Virus record (IMG/VR): IMGVR_UViG_3300017766_003321
Coordinates: 1 to 48,624 of that record
Source: a virus
Taxonomy: Duplodnaviria; Caudoviricetes
Direction: 5' to 3' (one strand)
Length of the DNA: 48,624 bases
The notes beneath the pieces are model-generated. The model ran no database searches. It had not been told where the DNA came from and saw only the letters and a list, made by a program, of their open reading frames with translations. Shown here piece after piece: positions 37,120-44,883 of this stretch. Position 1 is the first letter of the stretch; each line of letters begins with the position of its first letter. The position numbers and the translations under genes were made by a program.

Positions 37120-37520
37120 GTGGCGGTCTCGATCTCAGCAACCAGGCGCTTGGCCCAGTGGGGGCGTGAACGCAAAACGGCCTTCAGGTTGTCCCGGTTG
37201 AAAGGCGCCTCTTCAGCGCCCTTGCGGAAGCCGAACCAGCCCACCACGCAGTGCTCCAAGAGCACTTCACGACGAGACTCCATGCCGTCAAACATCTTGC
37301 CGGCGTCCTCTTCGCGCGAGAGGTCCAGCGAGACTTTTCGCTTCTCGGCTTCGATGATGTTCTGGATCGAAATAGCGCGCTCGGCTGCGCGAAATTGATC
37401 GCTGGCGGGACCGACCACGATGAACCCGACGGGCTCAGGCACGTCGCCGGGGTTGTGGCCAATGATCACGCGATAGCTCCGCTCGGTGGTCTCGGAAAGT
37501 TGGTCGATGTCAAAGCTCAT
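37101..37520 (-). CDS. Tail assembly chaperone G
   Basis: Position before TMP, VVGW.G, ends in NF at the slip site. Confidence 0.85.
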   Translation of the reverse strand: MSFDIDQLSETTERSYRVIIGHNPGDVPEPVGFIVVGPASDQFRAAERAISIQNIIEAEKRKVSLDLSREEDAGKMFDGMESRREVLLEHCVVGWFGFRKGAEEAPFNRDNLKAVLRSRPHWAKRLVAEIETATNFDAA

Positions 37521-38317
37521 TTCAAATGCTCCAGGTTGGTGAAAGGTGTTCCGCGTGCAATCTCTTCAACGCGCCACTGCCGCCAGGCCAAGTCCCACGC
37601 CCAGCGCTCACGTGGCGGGGTATGAACCTCGCCGATGCGGTGTGCCGCAACGTCCCACGCCATCGAGCCACGGTTGTCCACCACGGTCGGCACACCGGCC
37701 AGCACCGACTCGACACCGGTGTTGCTGTTGTAGGTGATGCACACCTCGGCGTCGGCCAAGGCCTGGCCCAGCGTGCCGGTGCAGGGCTCGGTGTAGTTCG
37801 GGCTGCGCTTGTAGCCACGCTCCAAAGCCACCGGGTGCTCGCGAAAGCGAACAGGTAGGCCGTAGCGTTCGGCGGCCAGCAGCGCGGTCCCCGAGTACCA
37901 ACGTGTGAGGTCTTTGCCGGCCAGGCTCATGTCGCCCGGCACCTGCCCGATCAGCAGCACGTGCTTCCCGGTGCCCGGCTTGCGCCAAGGCTTCAAAAGC
38001 CCTGCGTGGTGCGCTCGGAAGCGCTCGCCGTTGTCCGTGAAAGGTGGGAAAGTAGCTGCCCCGTTGAGGCCGTCCCAGCCGAGTGAATACCACTCAAAGC
38101 GGTTGCCGAGATAGCCGCGCTCCATAACCAGCACGCGGTGGCCCTGCTTGCGGTATTCCGCCCCGGCCCTCCAACCCCAGCAAGCCACGATCGGTGTCGT
38201 GACGTGCTGGCCGCGGTGGATCTGAGTGACGTTGTGACCGAGGTGCCGAAGTCCAGCCGCGACTGACTGCCCGCACGGGTTGGTGCGGGAGGTCTGCTGG
38301 ACAACGGTGACGCGCAC
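37517..38317 (-). CDS. GT-B glycosyltransferase-like protein (KpsC/KpsS capsule-synthesis type)
   Basis: MERGY, GQVPGD.S, FREHP, ITYNSNTGVESVLAG.P. Confidence 0.78.
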   Translation of the reverse strand: MRVTVVQQTSRTNPCGQSVAAGLRHLGHNVTQIHRGQHVTTPIVACWGWRAGAEYRKQGHRVLVMERGYLGNRFEWYSLGWDGLNGAATFPPFTDNGERFRAHHAGLLKPWRKPGTGKHVLLIGQVPGDMSLAGKDLTRWYSGTALLAAERYGLPVRFREHPVALERGYKRSPNYTEPCTGTLGQALADAEVCITYNSNTGVESVLAGVPTVVDNRGSMAWDVAAHRIGEVHTPPRERWAWDLAWRQWRVEEIARGTPFTNLEHLK

Positions 38318-38320
38318 AGC

Positions 38321-38773
38321 TTACGCGCCAGAGGCTGGCACTTCTTCCACCGCGCCGGTGAGGCGAATGGTGAAAGTGCCCGTGACCACGCCGTCAACGG
38401 CTGCGGAGAACGAGCGGCTGGCCACGAAGCCCAGCACGGAAAAAGCGGAACCATCTTCAAAGATCACCGTGAACAGCCGGGTGAGCTTGTCAGAAGCCGC
38501 AGTGCGCAGCACGGCTTGTGCAGCGTCGGTCATGACCCAGTGGCCGTTGATCGTGAACTGGCCGGGGTCTTCCAGGCCCAGACGGAACTCTTTTGCCGTC
38601 GAGCAAAAGGTCGTCACGTCGATCTCAGCGGCGGTGCCGCCCTGGTAGTTGATCTCGCGAGCCGTGCAGTCCATGGAGACCATGATCGGCGCTGGCGAGG
38701 GATTGAGCTCCGTCACCGCAGTGGTGGAGATCTGAAGCTGCGTGCCTTGCACGAGAACGACTTGAGAGGGCAT
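38321..38773 (-). CDS. Tail tube (major tail) protein
   Basis: QGT.L.I, GG.A.EIDVT.F.S.AKEF..GL.DPG. Confidence 0.9.
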   Translation of the reverse strand: MPSQVVLVQGTQLQISTTAVTELNPSPAPIMVSMDCTAREINYQGGTAAEIDVTTFCSTAKEFRLGLEDPGQFTINGHWVMTDAAQAVLRTAASDKLTRLFTVIFEDGSAFSVLGFVASRSFSAAVDGVVTGTFTIRLTGAVEEVPASGA

Positions 38774-38785
38774 GATGCTTTCCTT

Positions 38786-39133
38786 TCAGGGGCGGTACCA
38801 AAAGCTGATGTCTTGACGGGCGCCGTAGGCCTTGGTCGGCGAATTGTACTCCGCCACTAGGCTACCAAGCGATACCCCCCGCAGCGGCGCCGCGGTGAGC
38901 AAAGCCTCGATCGCGCGCATCATCGTGTTGGCCTCAGAACGGCGCTTTGACCAGGTGTTGAACTGGATGCGTGCGTTCTGCCCGTTGGCGTTGCCGCACA
39001 ACGTGTCAGTCGGCTGTCCGCCCACTTGACTGTACGTGACGTAGGGCATGGGCGCACCGAGCTCGGCGGTGTCCGGGTACACCTCGTAGCCCAGCGTGGC
39101 AATCAGCGTCTCAATGTCGGTCTCGATGGTCAT
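38786..39133 (-). CDS. Tail terminator (DUF3168)
   Basis: VYPD.A....PYVTY.QVGG, RIQ...W. Confidence 0.85.
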   Translation of the reverse strand: MTIETDIETLIATLGYEVYPDTAELGAPMPYVTYSQVGGQPTDTLCGNANGQNARIQFNTWSKRRSEANTMMRAIEALLTAAPLRGVSLGSLVAEYNSPTKAYGARQDISFWYRP

Positions 39134-39690
39134 GATTGCCCTGCCTGAATTTCACGGAAGCGCTCAGCCATGCGTTGCTTCATGGCGGTGATCGCGATCT
39201 TGCGTTTGCTCTCCCACGTTGGGCGCACGAAAGGCTTGGGCGGAACGAACACCGGCACCTTCAGCGCCCCCGGAAGAGTGTGCGCACCAGGACCGCGCGC
39301 ATTTTTAGATTCCTTGCTGCGCTGCCACTTGCCGTCAACGAGCCGGTTGTAGAGCCAGTGCCCGTATTCGATGAAATACCAATGCGGCGCCTTGCGCTTG
39401 TTTGGCCCGATGAAATAGGTTTGTCGGTTGGCGGTGGACTTGTCGTCGTGCCACTGGTAGATGGCGCCATAGAGAGTTCCCTCTTTGACCGGGACGCGCA
39501 TGCGCATCTCAAGGTAGAACACGTTGGACCCGGCGAACGCGCCAGAGCGCAACACCTTCTCGCGCACAGCGCGCTCCAGCGCCTGCAGGCCCGCCACGGC
39601 GTCGTTGACCTCAGCGTACATATCGACGGGGTACTTGACCGCGCGTGACGCGTTGCTGCGGCCTTGGCGCGGGTTGCGACCGTTAGCCAT
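39130..39690 (-). CDS. HK97 gp10-like tail completion protein
   Basis: PV.EG.L, HW.FIEYG, P.PF.RP. Confidence 0.85.
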   Translation of the reverse strand: MANGRNPRQGRSNASRAVKYPVDMYAEVNDAVAGLQALERAVREKVLRSGAFAGSNVFYLEMRMRVPVKEGTLYGAIYQWHDDKSTANRQTYFIGPNKRKAPHWYFIEYGHWLYNRLVDGKWQRSKESKNARGPGAHTLPGALKVPVFVPPKPFVRPTWESKRKIAITAMKQRMAERFREIQAGQS

Positions 39691-40039
39691 CGTTGGCTCC
39701 CTGCGCGACGCCGATGTCTAGGTATCGGTTGTCCTGCACGTCCGGCAGCACCACGCGGATCTCATAGGTGATGCCCTGCACAATCACGCGCATGTCGGCC
39801 GTTGGCCACGCTCGCCGGTTGCGGATGCGTATGCTGGCGGTGGCGCGGCTCACCTCTTTGTCGGCAGCGATGACCTCCTGATTGACGAAGCCCGAGCCGG
39901 TTATGGTCTTGACGCTGGCCCAGCACTCAAAGGCGGGCTCCCAGTTGTCGAGAGGCTGGCCCCAGTCGTCCTTGCCCCCCGCCTTGCGCTCAAACTTGGC
40001 GCGGCGGTTGAGCTTGTGGGCCTGGACGTATTTGCTCAT
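39683..40039 (-). CDS. Head closure protein (SPP1 gp16-like)
   Basis: L.RR..F, D.WGQP...W, WA, IRIR, DMRV. Confidence 0.85.
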   Translation of the reverse strand: MSKYVQAHKLNRRAKFERKAGGKDDWGQPLDNWEPAFECWASVKTITGSGFVNQEVIAADKEVSRATASIRIRNRRAWPTADMRVIVQGITYEIRVVLPDVQDNRYLDIGVAQGANDG

Positions 40040-40045
40040 GACCGG

Positions 40046-40699
40046 TCAGAAGTTGTGCACGCGGAACGACGAAATCAGATCCTCGCGCGTGCGCATGATG
40101 TCGGCTTTTTCGTTCGGGTCAAAGCGGTCGGCCAGCACCTGCACGGTCAAGCAAATGGCGTCTTTGAGCGGCGCGGGAATGGCGTTGGTGTACTCGGCCG
40201 GCGAATCGCTCCAGGGGTAGCCAGCGGTGTAGGTGATGCGCAGGGCGTCGGGGCGTTCGTACATGCACGGGGCGAACCACGAGTCAACGAATCGCAGCTG
40301 TGGCACGTAGTCCTCGGCGAGGAAGTAGTTGGCCGGATCAATCACCTGAGAGGCGTTGAGCCCGTCAAAGTAGTCGACCGACTCGATGCTGGCCACGGGG
40401 GGCCGAAGCAGGTCGATCCCGCGGGGGCGACCCCAGCCCCCGATGCGTCCGAAGCCAACGAGGTACGGGTGCTCGACCGCGCCCATCTGCAGCCGCAGTG
40501 TCTGCTTGACCAAAGCACGACGCGTGGCCTGTTCAATCCAGATACGCGCCGTGCGGATGTGGCGCTCGATCGTGCTCTGGAGGGGGTAGACAAGCGCTGG
40601 TGGCGAGCCCTCTTCCTCGGCGTCCCACCGCAGAAACTCATACACCTCGGCCACGGTGACTGGCTCGACTGGCGGCTCGACGAGAGTGACGATGTTCAT
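40046..40699 (-). CDS. Head-tail connector (gp6/phiE125 gp8-like)
   Basis: PP.EPVT..E...FLR, AR..IE..T.RAL..QT, Y.AGY, IP..LK.AI. Confidence 0.88.
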   Translation of the reverse strand: MNIVTLVEPPVEPVTVAEVYEFLRWDAEEEGSPPALVYPLQSTIERHIRTARIWIEQATRRALVKQTLRLQMGAVEHPYLVGFGRIGGWGRPRGIDLLRPPVASIESVDYFDGLNASQVIDPANYFLAEDYVPQLRFVDSWFAPCMYERPDALRITYTAGYPWSDSPAEYTNAIPAPLKDAICLTVQVLADRFDPNEKADIMRTREDLISSFRVHNF

Positions 40700-41268
40700 G
40701 GCGTGTCCATCAAAACGCAGCCAATACCCATGAGGGAGCCTGGCGCAACAAACTCGACGGTATTGTAGCCTTGCGACTTTAAAACGCGCCAGAAAGTCGG
40801 CACCTCCACTGGCCGCCCGCCCTGCTTCTCGCGCTGGCCAACGCCCACGATGTCGTGGAAGGCAACGATGCGCGCCATGCTGCGGTAATTGCGCCAGTCG
40901 GCCGTCACGCCTTCTAGGGTGTGGTCGCCGTCGATCAGTAGCGCGTCATAGGGGCCGCGGCCTTGGAACAACCGCACGGTGGCCGCGGTCTTGCTGTCGC
41001 CAAACAGGCATGAAGCTCTCGGCCCGATGTCAGCCACGGCTCGTTCCAGATTCACCCGAGTCCGGGGGTTGCCCCACAGGCCGCCCGGCAAGTCCAGCGC
41101 AACGCCGCGCGCCGCAGGCAAAGCCGTGAGGATGTGGTGAAACGTGTCCCCGTCACGCGCACCGATCTCGCCGTAGGACTTCACTTTGTGCTCGCGCAGA
41201 AACTCCACGAATGCTGTGAGCTCGTCGGGGTGTTGCGAGGGCTTACGGCCTGAAAAGGTGGTCAGCAC
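40696..41268 (-). CDS. Class I SAM-dependent methyltransferase (Methyltransf_24-like)
   Basis: EIGARDGDT motif I, LIDGDH, AFHDI. Confidence 0.85.
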   Translation of the reverse strand: MLTTFSGRKPSQHPDELTAFVEFLREHKVKSYGEIGARDGDTFHHILTALPAARGVALDLPGGLWGNPRTRVNLERAVADIGPRASCLFGDSKTAATVRLFQGRGPYDALLIDGDHTLEGVTADWRNYRSMARIVAFHDIVGVGQREKQGGRPVEVPTFWRVLKSQGYNTVEFVAPGSLMGIGCVLMDTP

Positions 41269-41837
41269 AGGGCATTCTCCAAGTCTTGTTGCGGGAAGCA
41301 CGTCAGCAACGAGCCTGGCGTGCAGTTGATGATCTCGGCGCCCCGTCCTTTGAGCGCTGCGAAGCGGACAATCCAACGCTCGAAGGTAGCCGGGTCGGTG
41401 TTACGCAGCGGCGGGGCGTGGCGGCCGAAGAAGTGCGAGCCCTTCATGTCGAAACCCAGCAACAGCACACGCTCGGCGCCTTCTGAGATGGCCAAGTGCA
41501 GCGCCTGGTACCCACCGTTGCCACCTGTGCGCACATGCCCCGGGGCTGGGTCGTAACCCTCCAGGCCCGTCTGCTTCAGCCGCTCCACCGCGCGGTAGGG
41601 CACCTGCTGATCACATGACGCCTTGCGCCCGGCAAACGCCAGCGCCTCTTGCTCATTGACCCGCCACCAGGCGGCGTCTGCCGCGTACAGCAGATCCGCC
41701 CAAGGCGCGAGTTTGAACGCGTCATTTACGACGGTTACCGCCGCTCTTTTTTGCTGGTGCGCTGCGTGCACTCTTTGCAGCTGGGCGGACGACAGGCTCG
41801 GCCCGGTCGCCAGGATGATCGTTGTCTTGGGCTGCAT
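41262..41837 (-). CDS. Sialyltransferase-fold/DUF115 (Maf, MptE-like) glycosyltransferase-like protein
   Basis: IILATGPSL, VVND, YAAD, GGNGGYQALHLA, LLGFDM, IINCT. Confidence 0.72.
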   Translation of the reverse strand: MQPKTTIILATGPSLSSAQLQRVHAAHQQKRAAVTVVNDAFKLAPWADLLYAADAAWWRVNEQEALAFAGRKASCDQQVPYRAVERLKQTGLEGYDPAPGHVRTGGNGGYQALHLAISEGAERVLLLGFDMKGSHFFGRHAPPLRNTDPATFERWIVRFAALKGRGAEIINCTPGSLLTCFPQQDLENALC

Positions 41838-42078
41838 CGGTGGGCTCCACGGGATCGGCTGCGGGGGTCTCGGGGTCAGCAGGCGGGGCTGGAGGCTCCA
41901 GCGGCGCCTCGGGTGGGGCTTCGGGTGCAGCAGAGCCTTGCGCGGCCTCCACGGCTCCGCGCAAGAGCCAATGGCGCAGTGCAGCGCCGCTGAGCTCAAC
42001 GACTTCGCCGGCTTTGTGCTCGACGCGACCTTCGCGCAAGGTGGTGTTGCGGATGAAACGATAGCTGGGCATGGTCAT
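41722..42078 (-). CDS. Small post-capsid protein with Pro/Glu-rich tail
   Basis: AGGAG RBS; GEVVEL..A..W..RG motif; overlaps the downstream GT by 116 nt. Confidence 0.65.
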   Translation of the reverse strand: MTMPSYRFIRNTTLREGRVEHKAGEVVELSGAALRHWLLRGAVEAAQGSAAPEAPPEAPLEPPAPPADPETPAADPVEPTDAAQDNDHPGDRAEPVVRPAAKSARSAPAKKSGGNRRK

Positions 42079-42084
42079 CTCCTG

Positions 42085-42123
42085 AAATAAAAAGCCGGAA
42101 CGGCGGGTGAGCACCGTTCCGGC
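42085..42123 (-). terminator. Intrinsic terminator after the head genes
   Basis: GCCGGAACGG-loop-CCGTTCCGGC followed by a T-rich run on the minus strand. Confidence 0.85.
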
Positions 42124-42151
42124 CTAAGTGGCACTGCGAAGTAGCCGGAAA

Positions 42152-42598
42152 TTAAACGCTGACGATCTCATCCACCGTGGCAGCGTCCAACGCGCTGGCA
42201 GGCGCGTAGAGGGGATCGAAGCCCAGCACCACGGCGCTCATGTCGGCACCGGCCACGGTGAGGGTCGCAGACAGGCGGAAGTGGGTGAAAGCCGTGCCGG
42301 CCAGGGCATCGGTGTTGAGGTTGATGACCGCCTGCTTGTCGGAGTCGGTGCCGGCCTGCGTCAGGGGCGTGATGGCTGCACCGGGGATGTCCGTGGCGCC
42401 GCCGCCAGCGCCGTCGGTGTAGCCGATCAGCTTGGCGTTGAGCACGCCGGTGGAAACGATCTCACCGACCAGAATCGCCGCCATGAAACGGCGGAAGTTC
42501 TTGAGGGGGATGTAGCCGGTCACGTAGGTGCCTGCGGCGTACGCATCGGGGTCGATTGCGCCAACCAGGGCAACCGCTTCGGTGGGGAGCTTGTTCAT
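42152..42598 (-). CDS. Probable capsid decoration protein (148 aa)
   Basis: Directly after MCP, same 20-nt initiation region, beta-rich. Confidence 0.7.
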   Translation of the reverse strand: MNKLPTEAVALVGAIDPDAYAAGTYVTGYIPLKNFRRFMAAILVGEIVSTGVLNAKLIGYTDGAGGGATDIPGAAITPLTQAGTDSDKQAVINLNTDALAGTAFTHFRLSATLTVAGADMSAVVLGFDPLYAPASALDAATVDEIVSV

Positions 42599-42635
42599 GA
42601 TGGTTCCTTCAGGGATTTGGGGGTGGGGGACTGAA

Positions 42636-42655
42636 GGCGGGGCCGAAGCCCCGCC
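42636..42655 (-). terminator. GC hairpin with cTTCGg loop after MCP (weak terminator or stabiliser)
   Basis: GGCGGGGC-TTCG-GCCCCGCC with short U tail. Confidence 0.6.
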
Positions 42656-42662
42656 ATCCTGA

Positions 42663-44153
42663 TCAGCTGCGTGCGCCCAGAGCCGCGAAGAAGGCACGGG
42701 GGGTGCCGTTGTTCGGGCGGACGATCGGAGCGTTCCACTTGGGCTGACCGCCCACGCGCATCACGAACCGGAAGGCCGTCATGTCGTAGTCGAAGAACAG
42801 GTGGATCGACACGTCCTGGCGGATGCCGCCGGTTTTCATCAACGTGTGGTACTGGCTCCAGTCACCAAACATGATGTCGCCAGTGTCGCCGAGGCCGGGG
42901 ACGGCTTCAGACGGCACGATCGGGCGGCCCAGCAGGGTGCCGTACTGCGCGGTCGACAGGCCGCCTGGCGGCAGGTAGATCGGCACAGCGTTGCCCGAAC
43001 CCTGGTCGATGAACTTCATGTAAGGCAGCTGCTTTTCAGCGTCCTCGTTCATCAGCCACACTGCGCGCGAGCGGTTGCCGCGGGGCACAGCGTAGTAGAG
43101 ATCCATGATGTTCTGCATCACCACGCTGTCGGCGTTCTGACCGCTCACCGGGTCCACGATCAACGTGCCGGGCGAGTTCAAGATGCCCAGAGGTTGGCCG
43201 ACGCCAGTGCCGCTGATCATGGCTTGGTTCACGCGGAAGTTGATTTTCTCGGGCGCTTTGCCGTTGATGTAGGCGGCCATGGCCGGTGCATCTTCCAGCA
43301 ACTCGTCGGTCACGGGTACCAAGGCGATGATCTTGTTCGCCTTGATGGTGGTCTCGCCGAGTTCCGGTTTGGACTGCTGCTTTTGGCCGCCTTCCGATTC
43401 CCAGTAGGCCTGGATGCCGCCGCTGGTTTGCCACGGGGTCGTGGAGTCGGTTGGGAAGGTGATGCTGTTGCCCGAGGTGGTCAGCTGGTCGGTGCGACCC
43501 ACCAACGACTCTTCGGCCATGACCTTCTGCATGATCTGCGTGCGGAAGTCAGGCGGCACTGCAAAGCCACCGTCCTGGCCGACGCCTTCACTGCCCCAGG
43601 TCGTGGGCGCGTTTTGGATCAGGCGGGGATCCGGCGTGGCGCCGCGGGCCGAAGCCTGCACGACAGCGCGGGTGTAGTCGGCAAAAGAGCGGAAGCCCCA
43701 GCTGCCCACGTCGCGGTTGTCGCGGGGCTGGGCCGGCACCGAAGCGCGGGCTGCAGCTTGCGCACGAGTCGCGTTGGGGTTGGGCGTGACCGCGGCCTGC
43801 TGGCCACCACCGTTGGCGTTGGGCTCGGTCTGGCGACCGACACCAGAGCGCACCTGGCTGTTCATCTGCTCGTTGCGCTGGTAGCGAGCCACGTCGCCTT
43901 CCAGGGTCTCGAACTCGGCGAACAGGGCGTCGAAACGCGCGCGCTCGTCATCGGTCATGTCGCGGTTGTCCGCATTGACCGTGGCGGTGATGTTGTTGAC
44001 TTCCTCGTTGATCTGCAGGATGCGGTTTTGCATCTGTTCGATCGTGGCCGAGATCGGGCCGCCTTCGTTGCGAACGTCGGCGTGGGCAGCAAAGCCGAAC
44101 GCAGTGGCGACTGCCATTGCGGTGACGGCCAGCATCAGTCGGGAGTTTTTCAT
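42663..44153 (-). CDS. HK97-fold major capsid protein
   Basis: Coiled-coil delta domain, DGGFAVP.DF, W..EG, VTDELLED, G.G..QP.GI, LLGRPI, GDWSQY. Confidence 0.95.
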   Translation of the reverse strand: MKNSRLMLAVTAMAVATAFGFAAHADVRNEGGPISATIEQMQNRILQINEEVNNITATVNADNRDMTDDERARFDALFAEFETLEGDVARYQRNEQMNSQVRSGVGRQTEPNANGGGQQAAVTPNPNATRAQAAARASVPAQPRDNRDVGSWGFRSFADYTRAVVQASARGATPDPRLIQNAPTTWGSEGVGQDGGFAVPPDFRTQIMQKVMAEESLVGRTDQLTTSGNSITFPTDSTTPWQTSGGIQAYWESEGGQKQQSKPELGETTIKANKIIALVPVTDELLEDAPAMAAYINGKAPEKINFRVNQAMISGTGVGQPLGILNSPGTLIVDPVSGQNADSVVMQNIMDLYYAVPRGNRSRAVWLMNEDAEKQLPYMKFIDQGSGNAVPIYLPPGGLSTAQYGTLLGRPIVPSEAVPGLGDTGDIMFGDWSQYHTLMKTGGIRQDVSIHLFFDYDMTAFRFVMRVGGQPKWNAPIVRPNNGTPRAFFAALGARS

Positions 44154-44199
44154 GATGGTTCCTTCAGGTTGATGATGTGGTCGCGCTCTGGTCCGCCCA

Positions 44200-44883
44200 T
44201 TACGCCTTTGCGGGACTTGCCCCGCGAATCTTCGTTGCACCCATGTTGACGCGCGCCATTCGAGCGCTGATCGACTTTGCATGCTGACGAAGATTGTCCG
44301 GTAGTTTAGCGAATTTTTCCAGCATGTCGAAACTTGCTTCCATCTCGACCGAATCGGTGATCTCGTCGGTGAATCCACGAGCCTTGGCTTCCGTCGCGTT
44401 CATCCAGGTCTCTTCGCCCATCCAGTCGCTGATCTTGGCGCGATCACCGCCGGTGCGCTTGACGTAGGTGTCGAGCAGCTGCTCGCGCGTGAGGTCGAGC
44501 GAATCAGCCATCTTGCGCATGTCTTTGGCCGTGCCGCCAGCGAAGGCCCACGGGTCGTGGATCATCACGGTGCCGTTGGAAGCCATTTTGATTTTGGTGC
44601 CGGCCATCAAGATGATGCTTGCGATCGAGGCCGCGATGCCGTCGACGTGCATCGTCTTGTTCTTTGCCGGGTGACGCACGATCTGGTTGTAGATGGCGAT
44701 GCCGTCGAACACCCCGCCGCCGGGCGAGTTGATGTAAATGTCAAGGTCGTCCACGTTGCCGAGGCCGCGCAGTTCCTTGCTGAATGAGTCGGCGCTGATG
44801 CCCCAACGGCTGATCTCGTCATAGACGAACATCTCGCCTTTTTTGGCGTTGGCTTTGGCGAAAAAAGTGCCTGCGCGTTTCAT
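44200..44883 (-). CDS. ClpP-like prohead protease
   Basis: INSPGG.VFDG.AIYN, AASIAS, MIHDP, ETWM.A.EA...GF. Confidence 0.95.
   Translation of the reverse strand: MKRAGTFFAKANAKKGEMFVYDEISRWGISADSFSKELRGLGNVDDLDIYINSPGGGVFDGIAIYNQIVRHPAKNKTMHVDGIAASIASIILMAGTKIKMASNGTVMIHDPWAFAGGTAKDMRKMADSLDLTREQLLDTYVKRTGGDRAKISDWMGEETWMNATEAKARGFTDEITDSVEMEASFDMLEKFAKLPDNLRQHAKSISARMARVNMGATKIRGASPAKA

Noticed and set aside
40696-41268. Methyltransferase as a DNA methylase
   Set aside because: It lacks DPPY/NPPY and PCQ motifs; the DGDH/HD pattern fits small-molecule or sugar O-methyltransferases
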